Made by a program: the position numbers and the translations under genes. Shown here one piece after another: positions 41,717 to 52,324 of a stretch of DNA of 64,000 bases (position 1 is the first letter of the stretch; every line of letters starts with the position of its first letter). The notes under the pieces were generated by a model. It did not search any database. It saw nothing but the letters and a program-made list of their open reading frames with translations, and was not told the DNA's origin. This DNA is from a bacterium (GTDB lineage Bacteria > UBA8248 > JACPRG01 > G963555815), in the NCBI GenBank assembly GCA_965261595.1, contig CBDHDG010000004.1:416001-480000 (forward strand). The letters are read 5' to 3'.

Positions 41717-43432
41717 GTGGAAATCCATGTCGAGAGCGCCGCGGACGCCTACCTGGCGTTGCTGGCCCAAAGGGGAATCAAATATTTCTTTGCCAACGCA
41801 GGCACCGACTTCGCTCCCCTGGTGGAGAGTTTCGCGAAGCGGACATCGGAGGACGAGCCCTGCCCGACGCCCATCCTCTGCCCCCACGAGTCGACGGCCG
41901 TGAGCATGGCGCACGGCTACACCATGATCACCGGAGAGCCCCAGGCGGTGATGGTCCACGTCACGGTGGGCACGGCCAACGCGGCCGCCCAGGTCATGAA
42001 CGCCTCCCGGGCCCAGGTGCCTATCCTGTTCAGCGCCGGACGCACGCCCATCAACGAAGAAGGCGTGTTGGGCAACCGAAACGTCTACATCCACTGGGCG
42101 CAGGAATCGCGCGACCAGGGGGCGATGCTCCGGGAGTACGTCAAGTGGGACTATGAGCTGCGTAATCCCGCGCAGCTGGAGACCGTGGTGGACCGGGCGC
42201 TCACCCTGGCCATGGCCGATCCGCCAGGACCCGTCTACCTGACCCTGCCGCGCGAAGTCCTGGCGGAAAAACAGCAGACCTTGTCCTTGAGGCGAGAAGA
42301 GGTCCGGTTCGGTCAGGCCTCCCCCCAACCCAACGCGGACCAGATTGAACAAGCGGCGGAGCTTCTGGCCGGGGCGAAATCTCCTCTCATCATCGCCGGC
42401 GCGTCGGGCGCCAATCCGGACGCCGTATCGCTTCTGGTGGACCTGGCGGAAACCGGGGCCATCCCCGTCGTCGAGTTCCAGAACATCTACACCAACTTCC
42501 CTTCGGACCATCCCCTTCACCTGGGATTCAACCATGCCGGCCTCCTCGAGGAGGCGGACGTCGTCGTAGTCCTGGAGACCGACGTCCCGTGGATGCCCGC
42601 GTTTTCCAAGCCAAAGGACTCGACGCCGATCATCCATCTCGGCCGCGACCCCTATTATTCCAACTATACGATTCGGGGATTTCCGATCGACGTTTCACTG
42701 GTCGGGGACCCGGCGGTCGGACTGCGAAACCTCCGCGCGGCCCTGGCCCCGCGCCTGAAGGGAAAAGAGGCGGACCTGGAAGCGCGGCGCGAACAATACC
42801 GCGCTATCCATGAACAGCAGCGCGCGGAGTGGGCGAAGGCGGCGGAGGCGGCCGACCGCGAGAAACCGCTCGACTACCGGTGGGTCTCACACTGCATCAA
42901 CCAGGTGTACGACGACGACACGATTCTTGTCAACGAATACGACCTGCTTCCGAACCACGTGGATTTCAGGCGGCCGGGGGCGTTCTTCGCCTCCTCCCAC
43001 GCGTCCGGTCTGGGGTGGGCCCTGGGCGCGAGCCTCGGCGTCAAGCTCGCCGACCCGGACAAGACCGTCATCGCGACCGTCGGCGACGGGAGTTACATCT
43101 TCAACTCTCCCACCTCGGCACACTTCGTCTCCCGGGCCCAAAACCTGCCGTTCCTGACGATCATCTTCAACAACCAGTGCTGGAACGCCGTCCGCCGGTC
43201 GGCGGAGGGCCTGTATCCCGACGGCTGGGCTTCCGGGCGAAACCAGTTCCCCTTGAGCGATCTGGAGCCCTCGCCCCACTTTGAAAAGATGATGGAGTTG
43301 CACGAAGGTTACGGCGAGCGAGTCGACGAGCCCGGAGAGTTGCCGGCCGCGCTGGAGCGGGCGCTTCGGGCCGTCCGTGAGGAAGGCCGCCAGGCGCTCC
43401 TCAACGTGATCTGCAAACACCCGTCGATGTGA
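41717..43432 (+). CDS. Thiamine pyrophosphate-requiring enzyme (ALS/benzoylformate decarboxylase-like)
   Basis: NAGTDF, PHE, HVTVGTAN, GDGSY...NN TPP motif. Confidence 0.9.
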   Translation: MEIHVESAADAYLALLAQRGIKYFFANAGTDFAPLVESFAKRTSEDEPCPTPILCPHESTAVSMAHGYTMITGEPQAVMVHVTVGTANAAAQVMNASRAQVPILFSAGRTPINEEGVLGNRNVYIHWAQESRDQGAMLREYVKWDYELRNPAQLETVVDRALTLAMADPPGPVYLTLPREVLAEKQQTLSLRREEVRFGQASPQPNADQIEQAAELLAGAKSPLIIAGASGANPDAVSLLVDLAETGAIPVVEFQNIYTNFPSDHPLHLGFNHAGLLEEADVVVVLETDVPWMPAFSKPKDSTPIIHLGRDPYYSNYTIRGFPIDVSLVGDPAVGLRNLRAALAPRLKGKEADLEARREQYRAIHEQQRAEWAKAAEAADREKPLDYRWVSHCINQVYDDDTILVNEYDLLPNHVDFRRPGAFFASSHASGLGWALGASLGVKLADPDKTVIATVGDGSYIFNSPTSAHFVSRAQNLPFLTIIFNNQCWNAVRRSAEGLYPDGWASGRNQFPLSDLEPSPHFEKMMELHEGYGERVDEPGELPAALERALRAVREEGRQALLNVICKHPSM

Positions 43433-43464
43433 GCATCGGGGGGGGGGAGCTGACCCGCCGGGGG

Positions 43465-44910
43465 CTATTCGACGCCGAGAAAATCGAGAAGCCGGCTGGC
43501 CCCTTTGTTCGCTCCTTCGACGCAGTCCGGAATTCCGACCCCCCGGTAGGCGCTGCCGGCGATAGCGAAACCCGGCAGCTTCTCCGCCTCCGCCTCGATG
43601 GCGCCGACCCGATCCGGATGCCCGACTTTGTACTGCGGCATGGAGTGGGGATGCCGGCTGAGGAGGGCCGCCTCGGGCTCGCCCTGTAGGCCCAGGATTC
43701 CCCGAAGCTCATCGAGCAACCGCCGGACGGTCTCCTCCTCCGAAAGCGAGAACGTCTCGCCGCCTCCGAAGAAAGCCCGGAGCAAAATCTTGTCCTCCGG
43801 GGCGCGGCCCTCGAACTTGACGCTGGAGAAGGAACATGCGACGAGGGCGCGGCCCTCGGTGGCCGGGACGACGAAACCCATTCCGTCCAGAGGGCGCTTC
43901 ACCCGCTCCCGTTGATAGACCAGGTTCAGCGTCCCCATCGAGCCGTAGGCGATCTCGCTCAACAGCTCGGACATCTTCGGCGAGACCTCGCCCATCAGCT
44001 TCGCGGCCGGAGGCGCCGGGGCGGTGAGACAGACGGCGTCCGCCGTTACACTTTCCCCTCCTTCCAGACGAACCTTCCACCCGTCTCTTTCCCGGTGGAG
44101 CGTGCTCACGCGGCATCCGGACCGAAGGGCGCCCTCGGGGATCCGCTCCAACAAGGCGGCCACCAGGCTTTCCATTCCTTCCCGCAATGAGACGAACAGG
44201 CCGTAGCGCGGCCCGCTCGTCGAAGACGCACCCCCGCCTCCCCCTTTTCCCCCTCTTCCCGCGCGCATTTTCTTCCGCAGGGCCAGGATAACGCTGCGCT
44301 TCTCCCGCTCCATTTCAAGGAACTGCGGGAACGTCGCCGCGAGGCTCAGTGTCTCCGGGTCGGCGGAATAGATCCCGGCCACCATGGGCTGGGCCATCCG
44401 CTCCAGGGCCTCGGTCCCGAGCCTTCGCCGGACGAAGGACGCCAGGGTCTCATCGCCGTCCTCTTTGCGGCGCGGAATGAACAGATCCATCGCCATTCTC
44501 AGCTTGCCGAGCGGACTGAAAATCGGCGTTGTGATAAACGGAACGAAGGAAGAAGGCGCCAGGAGGTAGAACCCCGCCGGAACCGGCAGAAGAACGTTTC
44601 CCTTCAGGATGAAGCTCCGCCGGAACTCCGTGCCTGTTCCGATCAGGCTTTCTCCCAGACCCAGCTCCTCGCAAAGGGCGACGCCCGCGGGCTTGGTCGA
44701 GAGGAAGCAATCGGGGCCGTGCTCCAGAAGACACCCCGCCGCGCGGGAGGTCCGCAGCGCGCCTCCGAAACGGTCGGAGCTTTCCAGCAGGCGGACATCA
44801 AGCGGGAGAGCGCGCTCGCGCGCGCCTTCCCGCAATCGGTGCGCGGCGGCCAGGCCCGTGATTCCTCCCCCGATGACGACAACCCGTTTCGGCGGTTTTG
44901 GTTCACTCAA
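43465..44910 (-). CDS. hemY: Protoporphyrinogen/coproporphyrinogen oxidase HemY
   Basis: VIGGGITGLAAA, EHGPDCF, AGIYSAD, MPQYKVGH, GVGIPDC; exact start uncertain (up to 44973). Confidence 0.9.
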   Translation of the reverse strand: MSEPKPPKRVVVIGGGITGLAAAHRLREGARERALPLDVRLLESSDRFGGALRTSRAAGCLLEHGPDCFLSTKPAGVALCEELGLGESLIGTGTEFRRSFILKGNVLLPVPAGFYLLAPSSFVPFITTPIFSPLGKLRMAMDLFIPRRKEDGDETLASFVRRRLGTEALERMAQPMVAGIYSADPETLSLAATFPQFLEMEREKRSVILALRKKMRAGRGGKGGGGGASSTSGPRYGLFVSLREGMESLVAALLERIPEGALRSGCRVSTLHRERDGWKVRLEGGESVTADAVCLTAPAPPAAKLMGEVSPKMSELLSEIAYGSMGTLNLVYQRERVKRPLDGMGFVVPATEGRALVACSFSSVKFEGRAPEDKILLRAFFGGGETFSLSEEETVRRLLDELRGILGLQGEPEAALLSRHPHSMPQYKVGHPDRVGAIEAEAEKLPGFAIAGSAYRGVGIPDCVEGANKGASRLLDFLGVE

Positions 44911-45033
44911 GAATTTTCCCGATGACCCGCGGCCGGTGCGCGTGCGCGGTCGATCCTGGATTTTCCCATACAAACAACCATAAGATTATCCGTTTCGTTT
45001 TCCATCTGAAATTCTCGCGCGAAGGAGTTTGCA

Positions 45034-45798
45034 ATGCCACGAACGATCATCGATCTCAGCGTTCCCCTTCACAACAGCACATTCGACGGCATGATGCTCG
45101 AGATTCACTACATCAAGCACGAGGAGAACGGCCGCCTCTGGGCCAAGCGGTTCGACGTCGAGGTGGACGATCTGCCCCACGGCCACGGCTCATCCTCGGA
45201 ACGGATTCAACTCATCAGCCACGTCGGAACGCACGTGGACGCCCCTTATCACTATGCGCCCGTGGACAGCAAAGGCAAGCCCATGCGGACCATCGACGAG
45301 CTCGAGCTGGAGCATTTCTTCGGCGACGGGTTCTGTCTCGACTTCACGCACAAAAAGCCGGCCGAGCGGATCTCCGCCGATGAGGTCGAGGAGGCCATCC
45401 GGAAAATCGATTACACCGTCAAGCCCGGGGACATCGCCCTGATCCACACCGGCACGGACAAATACATCGACAGCCCGAAATTCCTGGAAATCCAGCCCGG
45501 CATGACCCGCGAGTCCATCCTGTGCCTGACGGCCAAGGGCGTGAAGGTGATCGGCATCGACGCCTGGGGGATGGACATCCCGTTCTCCCAAATGGCGAAG
45601 GAGTTGAAAGCGGGAAACAAAGACCAGTTTTGGGAGGCGCATTTCGCCGGGAAGGAAAGCGAATACTTCCAGATTGAAAAGCTCGCCAACCTCGACAAGC
45701 TCCCCAGACCGCACGGCTTCCTGGTCGCCTGCTTCCCCATCAAGATCGAGCGAGGCAGCGGCGCGTGGACGCGCGCCGTCGCCATTTTCGAGGATTGA
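45034..45798 (+). CDS. Cyclase family (kynurenine formamidase-like) protein
   Basis: HVGTHVDAPYH, IGIDAW, IEKLANL. Confidence 0.9.
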   Translation: MPRTIIDLSVPLHNSTFDGMMLEIHYIKHEENGRLWAKRFDVEVDDLPHGHGSSSERIQLISHVGTHVDAPYHYAPVDSKGKPMRTIDELELEHFFGDGFCLDFTHKKPAERISADEVEEAIRKIDYTVKPGDIALIHTGTDKYIDSPKFLEIQPGMTRESILCLTAKGVKVIGIDAWGMDIPFSQMAKELKAGNKDQFWEAHFAGKESEYFQIEKLANLDKLPRPHGFLVACFPIKIERGSGAWTRAVAIFED

Positions 45799-45814
45799 GG
45801 GAGTGAACGCCGTC

Positions 45815-46573
45815 ATGCCGGCGGATCAAAATCTCAAGGGCCGCGTCGCCATCGTCACCGGATCCGGCCGTGGGATCGGAAAGACCACGGCGGAGACCCT
45901 CGCGCGCGAGGGGGCCGATGTGGTCCTCGCCACGCTTACGCCCGAGAACGCCGAGCGGACGGCCTCGGCCATCCGCGCCTCGGGCGGAAACGCCCTGCCC
46001 GCCCCCGTGGACGTCTCCAGCGGCGAGAGCGTCGGCCGGATGCTCGACCGGGTCCTGAAAGAATTCGGGCGCGCGGACATCCTCGTCAACGTCGCGGGGA
46101 TCAGCACGCTGACTCCCCTGGAAGACCTGGAAGAAGAGGAATGGGACCGCGTCCTCTCGGTCAACCTCAAGGGCGTCTACCTGTGCACGCGGGCCGTCCT
46201 GCCCGGGATGATGGAGCGCAAGTACGGGCGCATTGTCAGCGTGGCCTCCATCGCCGGCCGGTACGGCCGGGCACAGATGAGCGCCGCCTACTCCGCCTCC
46301 AAGGCGGGAATTCTGGGGTTCACCCGGAGCGTCGCGAAACGATACGGCGAATACGGCGTCACGGCCAACGCCATCGCCCCCGGGACGATCATCACGGACA
46401 TGAACCGCGGCCTGCCGGCCGAGACCCTCGACCGCCTCAAGGCGGACGCCGCCGTTCCCCGCCTCGGGACGCCCGCCGATGTGGCCGAGGCGGTCCGCTT
46501 CCTGGTCTCGGAAGAGGCAGGCTGGATCACCGGCGTGACGATCGACATCAACGGGGGGGCGATCATCGGTTGA
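45815..46573 (+). CDS. SDR family oxidoreductase (FabG-like)
   Basis: TGSGRGIG, YSASK, NAIAPG. Confidence 0.92.
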   Translation: MPADQNLKGRVAIVTGSGRGIGKTTAETLAREGADVVLATLTPENAERTASAIRASGGNALPAPVDVSSGESVGRMLDRVLKEFGRADILVNVAGISTLTPLEDLEEEEWDRVLSVNLKGVYLCTRAVLPGMMERKYGRIVSVASIAGRYGRAQMSAAYSASKAGILGFTRSVAKRYGEYGVTANAIAPGTIITDMNRGLPAETLDRLKADAAVPRLGTPADVAEAVRFLVSEEAGWITGVTIDINGGAIIG

Positions 46574-46647
46574 CCGCGGGATATCCGCAGTTCGTCCTAT
46601 TCGCGCGACAGCGCCGAATCGATCCTTCGAAATCCAGGGAGGTCTGA

Positions 46648-47936
46648 ATGAACACCGACGCCGTCCTCGCGGCCATCGATAAGAAGGAGCTCGTGGATCT
46701 GTCCCTGCGCCTGGGAAACATCCTCAGTCCGACCGGGCACGAGGCGCCGATGGGCGAGGCCGTCTTCGATTGGCTGGCCGACAACGGTTTTCACCCCAGT
46801 AAAATGGAGGCCGCGCCGGGGCGCAACAACGTCGTCGCCGTCCTGAAAGGAACGGGCGGCGGAAGATCGCTCATCTTCAACGGCCACATGGACACCAAAT
46901 ACGGCGCGCCCGGCGACGAGTGGGGCGCGGGGGAGGTGATCCCCGAATACATCAGCGCGTGGAAGGACGGCGACCGGCTCTTCGGCCACCCGGTCTTCAA
47001 CGACCGGGGCCCTCTGGCGGCGACGTTCATGGCGGCGAAGGCCATCCGGGACAGCGGAGTCCGGCTCAAGGGAGACCTCCACCTGACGGCGGTGGTGGGC
47101 GAGATCGGCATGGCCCCCGTCGATGAGTATCAGGGGAGCCGCTATTTCGGCAAGGGGTTCGGGACGCGCCACCTCGTGGACCACGGGATCGTCGCCGACT
47201 ACGCCCTGGTGGCCGAGTGCACCAGCTTCTGCACCACCTGGGCGCAGTGCGGATGCGTCTACTTTCAGATCACGACACGGGGAAAAGGGATTTACACGCC
47301 CTTTATTCCGAGGCCGACCCGGCGGGAGAAAAGCCCGAACGCCGTCATCCGGATGACCGAGGTGATCCGGGCGCTGGAGGATTGGGCGGACATGTACATC
47401 GAGCGTGAAAGCGTTCCCTTTGAAGGAGGAACGATCCGGCCCAACGCCACCGTTGGGGCCATTCGGGGCGGGGTTCCCTACAAGATCGCCAACTCCGTAG
47501 GAAGGTGCAGCATCTACTTCGACGTCAGGATTCCCCCCGGAAAGGATCCCCTCTCCATCCAGCCCGAGATCGAGCGCGTCATTCGCGGGACCGGCGTCGA
47601 GGCCGAGGTGCGGCCATACATGACCCGGCGCGGATATGAGGCCAAGGGTTATGAGCCGCTGGTGGACAGCATCCGCCGGGGGCTCACGGCCAAGTCATCG
47701 GCAAGCCCATGGAGACCATCGACCCGCCTGTCACGAGCATGTGGCGGGACATGAACGTCTTCAACGAGGCCGGCATCCCCGCGGCCACGTACGGCCCCTA
47801 CATCCGGGAGATCTGGACCGAAGACCCGGACCCGGACGCTCCGGAGCGAGCCTACCTCCACGCCGACGACCTGGTCTCGGCTTCAAAGGCGTACGCCCTG
47901 GTGGCCATGGACATCTGCAACCGGGACGCGGGCTGA
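46648..47936 (+). pseudogene. M20-family (ArgE/DapE-like) amidohydrolase, frameshift in a G run near 47680
   Basis: FNGHMD, VGE, AEC; C-terminus DMNVFNEAGIPAATYGP lies in another frame. Confidence 0.75.
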
Positions 47937-48087
47937 GTTATCCGCGGTTTTCACGCATGAAGAAACGAAGCCCGAAGGAATCAGTCGTGATTTCCGCCTG
48001 ACGAGCGATCCGCTGAACATTGACCGCCCGCCGTCCTTCCGCAACACCCCCTGATCGTCAATCCCGCCCGCTGGGGAATGACAATCG

Positions 48088-48097
48088 TGTACAGACA
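48088..48097. promoter_or_regulatory. Possible GntR/HutC-type operator
   Basis: TGTACAGACA imperfect palindrome in an AT-rich patch upstream of the BMP gene. Confidence 0.3.
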
Positions 48098-48242
48098 AAT
48101 TATGTTTATGTTAATCTGACTCCATTCTGTGGGGTCTCGTGGAAAGAATTATGGTCTGATTGCCTGGAGGGGAAGGGCTCCTCATCGAGTGGAGATGCGC
48201 GGGAAGCGCCGACCAAATTCAGAAAAAAGGGAGGGTGGTAAA

Positions 48243-49331
48243 ATGCTGAAAAGAAAGATGTATGGATTTGTGGTGGTCCTGTCACTGGTTCTCTTTTCGC
48301 TGTCCCAACTCGCCGATACGCGGTTAGAGGCAGCCGAGAAAAAACTCAAGGTGGCGTTCCTCTACCTGGGCGTGGTCGGCGATTCCGGGTACAACCTGGC
48401 CCATGACATGGGTCGGCGCCACTTGGTGAAAATGGTTCCCGAAGTGGAGACGGCCTACACCGAAAATGTGGCGCGCGGTGATACGGAGCGGGTCTTGAGG
48501 ACCTATATCCGCCGGGGCTACAAGTTGATCTTTGGAAATACTTTTGACTATCAGGATGGGATGATCCGTGTCGGAAAAAAATTCAAAGATGTGATCTTCA
48601 TGGACGCCTCGGGCTGGAAAACCTCGAAGAACGTGGCCCCGTATTGGGGCAGAGAATATCAGGCCCGCTATTTGACGGGGCTTGTGGCGGGGCGGATGAC
48701 CCGCACCAACCGCATCGGCTATGTCGCCGCCCATCCTTACCCGACGGTGTTGCGGGGAATCAACGGCTTCATGCTCGGCGTTCGGAAAGCGAATCCCCAG
48801 GCGACGGTCCGCGTCGTATTCACCCAGGCGTGGTACGACCCGGCGAAGTCCCGCGAAGCGGCGGACAGCCTCTTTGACGTGGGCGTGGATGTCATCACCC
48901 AGCACCAGGATTCTCCGGCCCCGGTTCAGGCGGCCGAGCGTCGGGGCAAGTATGCCATCGGCTATAACTGGGATATGACCAAATTCGCCCCCAAGGGACA
49001 CCTGACGGCGGCCATCTTCAACTGGGGAGTGATCGTCGAGGCCATGACCAAGGCGGTCCTCAACGGCACATGGAAGAGCAAACCCATCTTTTGGGGATTG
49101 GAGAAAGGCGCGGTGGATATCGCCCCGCTGAATCCTATCGTCCCGAAGGAAGTCAAGGAATTGGTGGACAAGGAGCGGAAAAGGCTTGCCTCGCCCGATT
49201 TTGACGTCTTTCATGGCCCCCTCAAGGACCAGAAAGGGAAAATCCGGGTTCCCGCGGGCACAAGGGCCCAAGGTAAGGCGCTCGCCACGATGAGCTATTT
49301 GCTCGAGGGGATCCAAGGAACACTTCCGTAA
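48243..49331 (+). CDS. BMP-family ABC substrate-binding protein (purine/nucleoside)
   Basis: GDSGYNLAHD, YQARYLTG, WYDPAK, QHQDSP. Confidence 0.9.
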   Translation: MLKRKMYGFVVVLSLVLFSLSQLADTRLEAAEKKLKVAFLYLGVVGDSGYNLAHDMGRRHLVKMVPEVETAYTENVARGDTERVLRTYIRRGYKLIFGNTFDYQDGMIRVGKKFKDVIFMDASGWKTSKNVAPYWGREYQARYLTGLVAGRMTRTNRIGYVAAHPYPTVLRGINGFMLGVRKANPQATVRVVFTQAWYDPAKSREAADSLFDVGVDVITQHQDSPAPVQAAERRGKYAIGYNWDMTKFAPKGHLTAAIFNWGVIVEAMTKAVLNGTWKSKPIFWGLEKGAVDIAPLNPIVPKEVKELVDKERKRLASPDFDVFHGPLKDQKGKIRVPAGTRAQGKALATMSYLLEGIQGTLP

Positions 49332-49712
49332 GCCGACTTCCGGCATGACCGATCGCCGTCCCAACCTCTTCTTTGGAAAAATCCGGGGAGGTGGGTTTCA
49401 ACATGCCGGCTTCAGATTGGCGGCGCCCCGGCTGTGGGTTGACCCATGCGCGCGTGACGGCCTGAGGGAGATGTACGTCCAATCCAAAGCGCCGGCGTGA
49501 ATAAAGCGCCCCTTACCACAGCGAATCCTCTCAGAGAATGCGGGCGGCGGGCTTTTGGAGGGAAACCCCGCGGCTTCACCTCTTTATTTGTTCAGCGGTC
49601 GAGACCGATCGTGAACCTGAATGTGGATAAAGTCCCGGCGGCGTAGGACGCTCCGGGCTGTATGCGTCTGAGACCGCGCCTTGCGTCTATCGCCGCGGGG
49701 AAAGGCCGCCTC

Positions 49713-50804
49713 ATGACTTCCATTCGTCTGGAAACCCGGCTGGAGTCATCACGACACTTGGGGTGGGTGATTCCACTCGCGTCCGTGGCGCTGGGACTTT
49801 TGGTGGGCGCTTTCATTCTTCTTGGGGCCGGAGTCAACCCGATTGCGGCCTACCGCGAAATGGCCGTGGAAACCTTTGGCAACTCGCAGGGCCTGTCGGA
49901 AGTGCTGGTGCTGGCGACGCCCCTGATGCTCTGCGGATTGGGGGTGATGCTGTCGTTCAAGATGCTTTTTTGGAACATCGGGGCGGAAGGTCAGCTCTAC
50001 ATGGGCGCTTTTGCCACCACGTGGGTCATCCTGACGGGTTGGGAAGGTCCGGCCTGGGCGATGATCCCCGTGATGATGTTGGCCGCCATGATCGCCGGCG
50101 CCCTCTGGGCGCTCATCCCCGCCCTCCTGAAGGTCAAGCTGAACGTCAATGAAATCATCACGACCCTCCTGATGAACTACATCGCCATTTTGTGGGTGGG
50201 TTATCTGGTGTACGGACCCTGGAAGGATCCGCTCACGTTCAACTTTCCGGTGACGCGGGAATTTCCCGAGGCCGCGCAGCTTTACCGGTTTGGCGATACC
50301 CGTGTGCATCTGGGCATCATCTTCGCGACCGTGTCCGCGGTGATCTTGTACTTTATTCAGGTGCGAAGCCGCTGGGGCTATGAAATCACGGTGATGGGGG
50401 AGAGTCCAAGGGCCGCCCGCTACGCCGGCATGAAGACGACGCGGAATGTCATTTTTGTGATGTTGATCAGCGGCGGCCTTGCCGGTCTCGCCGGAATGGC
50501 GGAGGTGTCGGGCATTCAGCTCCGGTTGCTCCCGTCGATCTCCCCTCCGAACGCCCCTTATGGTTACACGGCCATCATTGTGGCGTGGCTGGGCCGGCGG
50601 CACCCGTGGGGCGTCGTGCTGGTCGCTTTGTTCTTCGGGAGTCTTTATGTCGGCGGTGAGGCATTGCAGATCACCATGAAGCTCCCCGTGAACATCGTTC
50701 TGATCATCCAGGCCCTGATCCTTTTATTCGTCCTGGCCGGAGACATCCTTTCCCAACATCGGTTGGTTTGGGACCGGGGGCGGCAAGCAATCCCCACGCC
50801 TTAG
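49713..50804 (+). CDS. Nucleoside-type ABC transporter permease
   Basis: WNIGAEGQ, NEIITTLLMNY, GYTAIIVAWLG. Confidence 0.9.
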   Translation: MTSIRLETRLESSRHLGWVIPLASVALGLLVGAFILLGAGVNPIAAYREMAVETFGNSQGLSEVLVLATPLMLCGLGVMLSFKMLFWNIGAEGQLYMGAFATTWVILTGWEGPAWAMIPVMMLAAMIAGALWALIPALLKVKLNVNEIITTLLMNYIAILWVGYLVYGPWKDPLTFNFPVTREFPEAAQLYRFGDTRVHLGIIFATVSAVILYFIQVRSRWGYEITVMGESPRAARYAGMKTTRNVIFVMLISGGLAGLAGMAEVSGIQLRLLPSISPPNAPYGYTAIIVAWLGRRHPWGVVLVALFFGSLYVGGEALQITMKLPVNIVLIIQALILLFVLAGDILSQHRLVWDRGRQAIPTP

Positions 50805-50929
50805 CCAAAGGGCCTTCCGAAATCGGTCGGATTCAAAGTCTTTTTGCACGCGTTGCAAGGCTCCTACGTGACCCTTGCCCGCCCCATCTGTAAATATTCC
50901 TCGGGTCCAATGAAAGGAGGGCGGCTCCT

Positions 50930-52159
50930 ATGGGTGCTTACCTTCTAAGACGTGCGAAAGTGAAGGGACATGAAGCGCCTGTGGATATCCACATCAAAGG
51001 GGACCGGATTGCAAAAATCTCCCCCACAGAGGAGGATGCCGGACCCGCCGGCGCGGAAGCGATCGAGGTCGGCGGCAGATTAGTGATTCCCGGCTTCGTG
51101 GACGCACACATGCATCTGGAAAAAGGCATGGTGTCTGACCGGAGGCTTAACCGGTCGGGGACCCTCGAGGAAGGCCTCGAGATCATGATGGAGGTCAAGA
51201 AGGGATTCACCGTAGAGGACATTCACCGCCGCGCCCGAAAGCAAATCGAGATGGCCGTTTCAAACGGCAGCACCAGCCTGCGCACCCACATCGACCTTGA
51301 TTCCGCAATTGGCCTGAAAGGAGTGGAGGCCCTTTCCGCTCTTCGGGAGGAGCTGAAAGAGTCGGTTACGATTCAATTGGTTGTCCTTCCGCACGGCGAT
51401 CCGGTCTCTTCCCAGGAGTTTTTGAAGGTCTTGCGAAAAGCAATTGAGCTTTCCGACTTGATCGGCGGTTTTCCGGGCCCGGGCGACGAAAAGCTGGTTG
51501 ATCTCCTTTTTCAGCTCGCCCGGGAATTCGATAGGGATCTCGACCTTCACGTCGATGAAAAAGACGACACGGAGATCCTCGAAATCCGATATGTAGCGGA
51601 AAAGACGATCCAGGAAGGATACGAAGGACGGGTCACCGTGGATCACCTGTGCGCCCTATCCTCTTTACCCTCTTCAGAGGCCCGCGACGTGATCGCACTG
51701 ATTCGCGACGCGGGCTTGAACGTTATCACCCTGCCATCGTCCAACCTTCACATTCAGGGCCGGGCGGATGACCATAAGCCGCGAAGGGGAATTACGCGCG
51801 TGAAGGAAATGCTTGCCGAAGGGATTCCCGTCGCCTACGCGTCGGACAATATCCGGGACGGATTTACACCCTTCGGGAATGCCGACATGTTGGAGGTCGG
51901 CTTGATCTTCGCCCACGGCGCCCAAATGGGATCCTTCGAGGAGCTGAAAACCGTTTTAGACATGGGCACCGAAATCCCGGGCCGGATCTTTTTCCGCAAC
52001 GACACTTACGGCGTCCGGGTGGGAAACGTGGCTGACTTGGTCGTATTGGATGTCCACCGCTTCGAGGATGCCATTGTCACTCAGCCCACCCGGCTGTGGG
52101 TCTTCAAAAAGGGACGGATGGTCGCAAGGAGCTCCACAGTCACCGACCTTTTTCTTTAG
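50930..52159 (+). CDS. Cytosine deaminase-like amidohydrolase
   Basis: PGFVDAHMHLEK, RTHID, LHVDE, DHLC, SDNIRD. Confidence 0.88.
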   Translation: MGAYLLRRAKVKGHEAPVDIHIKGDRIAKISPTEEDAGPAGAEAIEVGGRLVIPGFVDAHMHLEKGMVSDRRLNRSGTLEEGLEIMMEVKKGFTVEDIHRRARKQIEMAVSNGSTSLRTHIDLDSAIGLKGVEALSALREELKESVTIQLVVLPHGDPVSSQEFLKVLRKAIELSDLIGGFPGPGDEKLVDLLFQLAREFDRDLDLHVDEKDDTEILEIRYVAEKTIQEGYEGRVTVDHLCALSSLPSSEARDVIALIRDAGLNVITLPSSNLHIQGRADDHKPRRGITRVKEMLAEGIPVAYASDNIRDGFTPFGNADMLEVGLIFAHGAQMGSFEELKTVLDMGTEIPGRIFFRNDTYGVRVGNVADLVVLDVHRFEDAIVTQPTRLWVFKKGRMVARSSTVTDLFL

Positions 52160-52324
52160 CGGGAATCTCCGATTTCAAATTCAGAACCGATTCGCCCGCG
52201 ACCCCCTCGAAGGCCGATTCCCCCATCCCCACCCCGACGGCGCTCACGCCTTCACCCGGTTCACGCCCTAAGCCAGGCGAGGGCGCGGGCGGGCGCCTGG
52301 CCATTGGCCATTGCCCTTGCCTTC

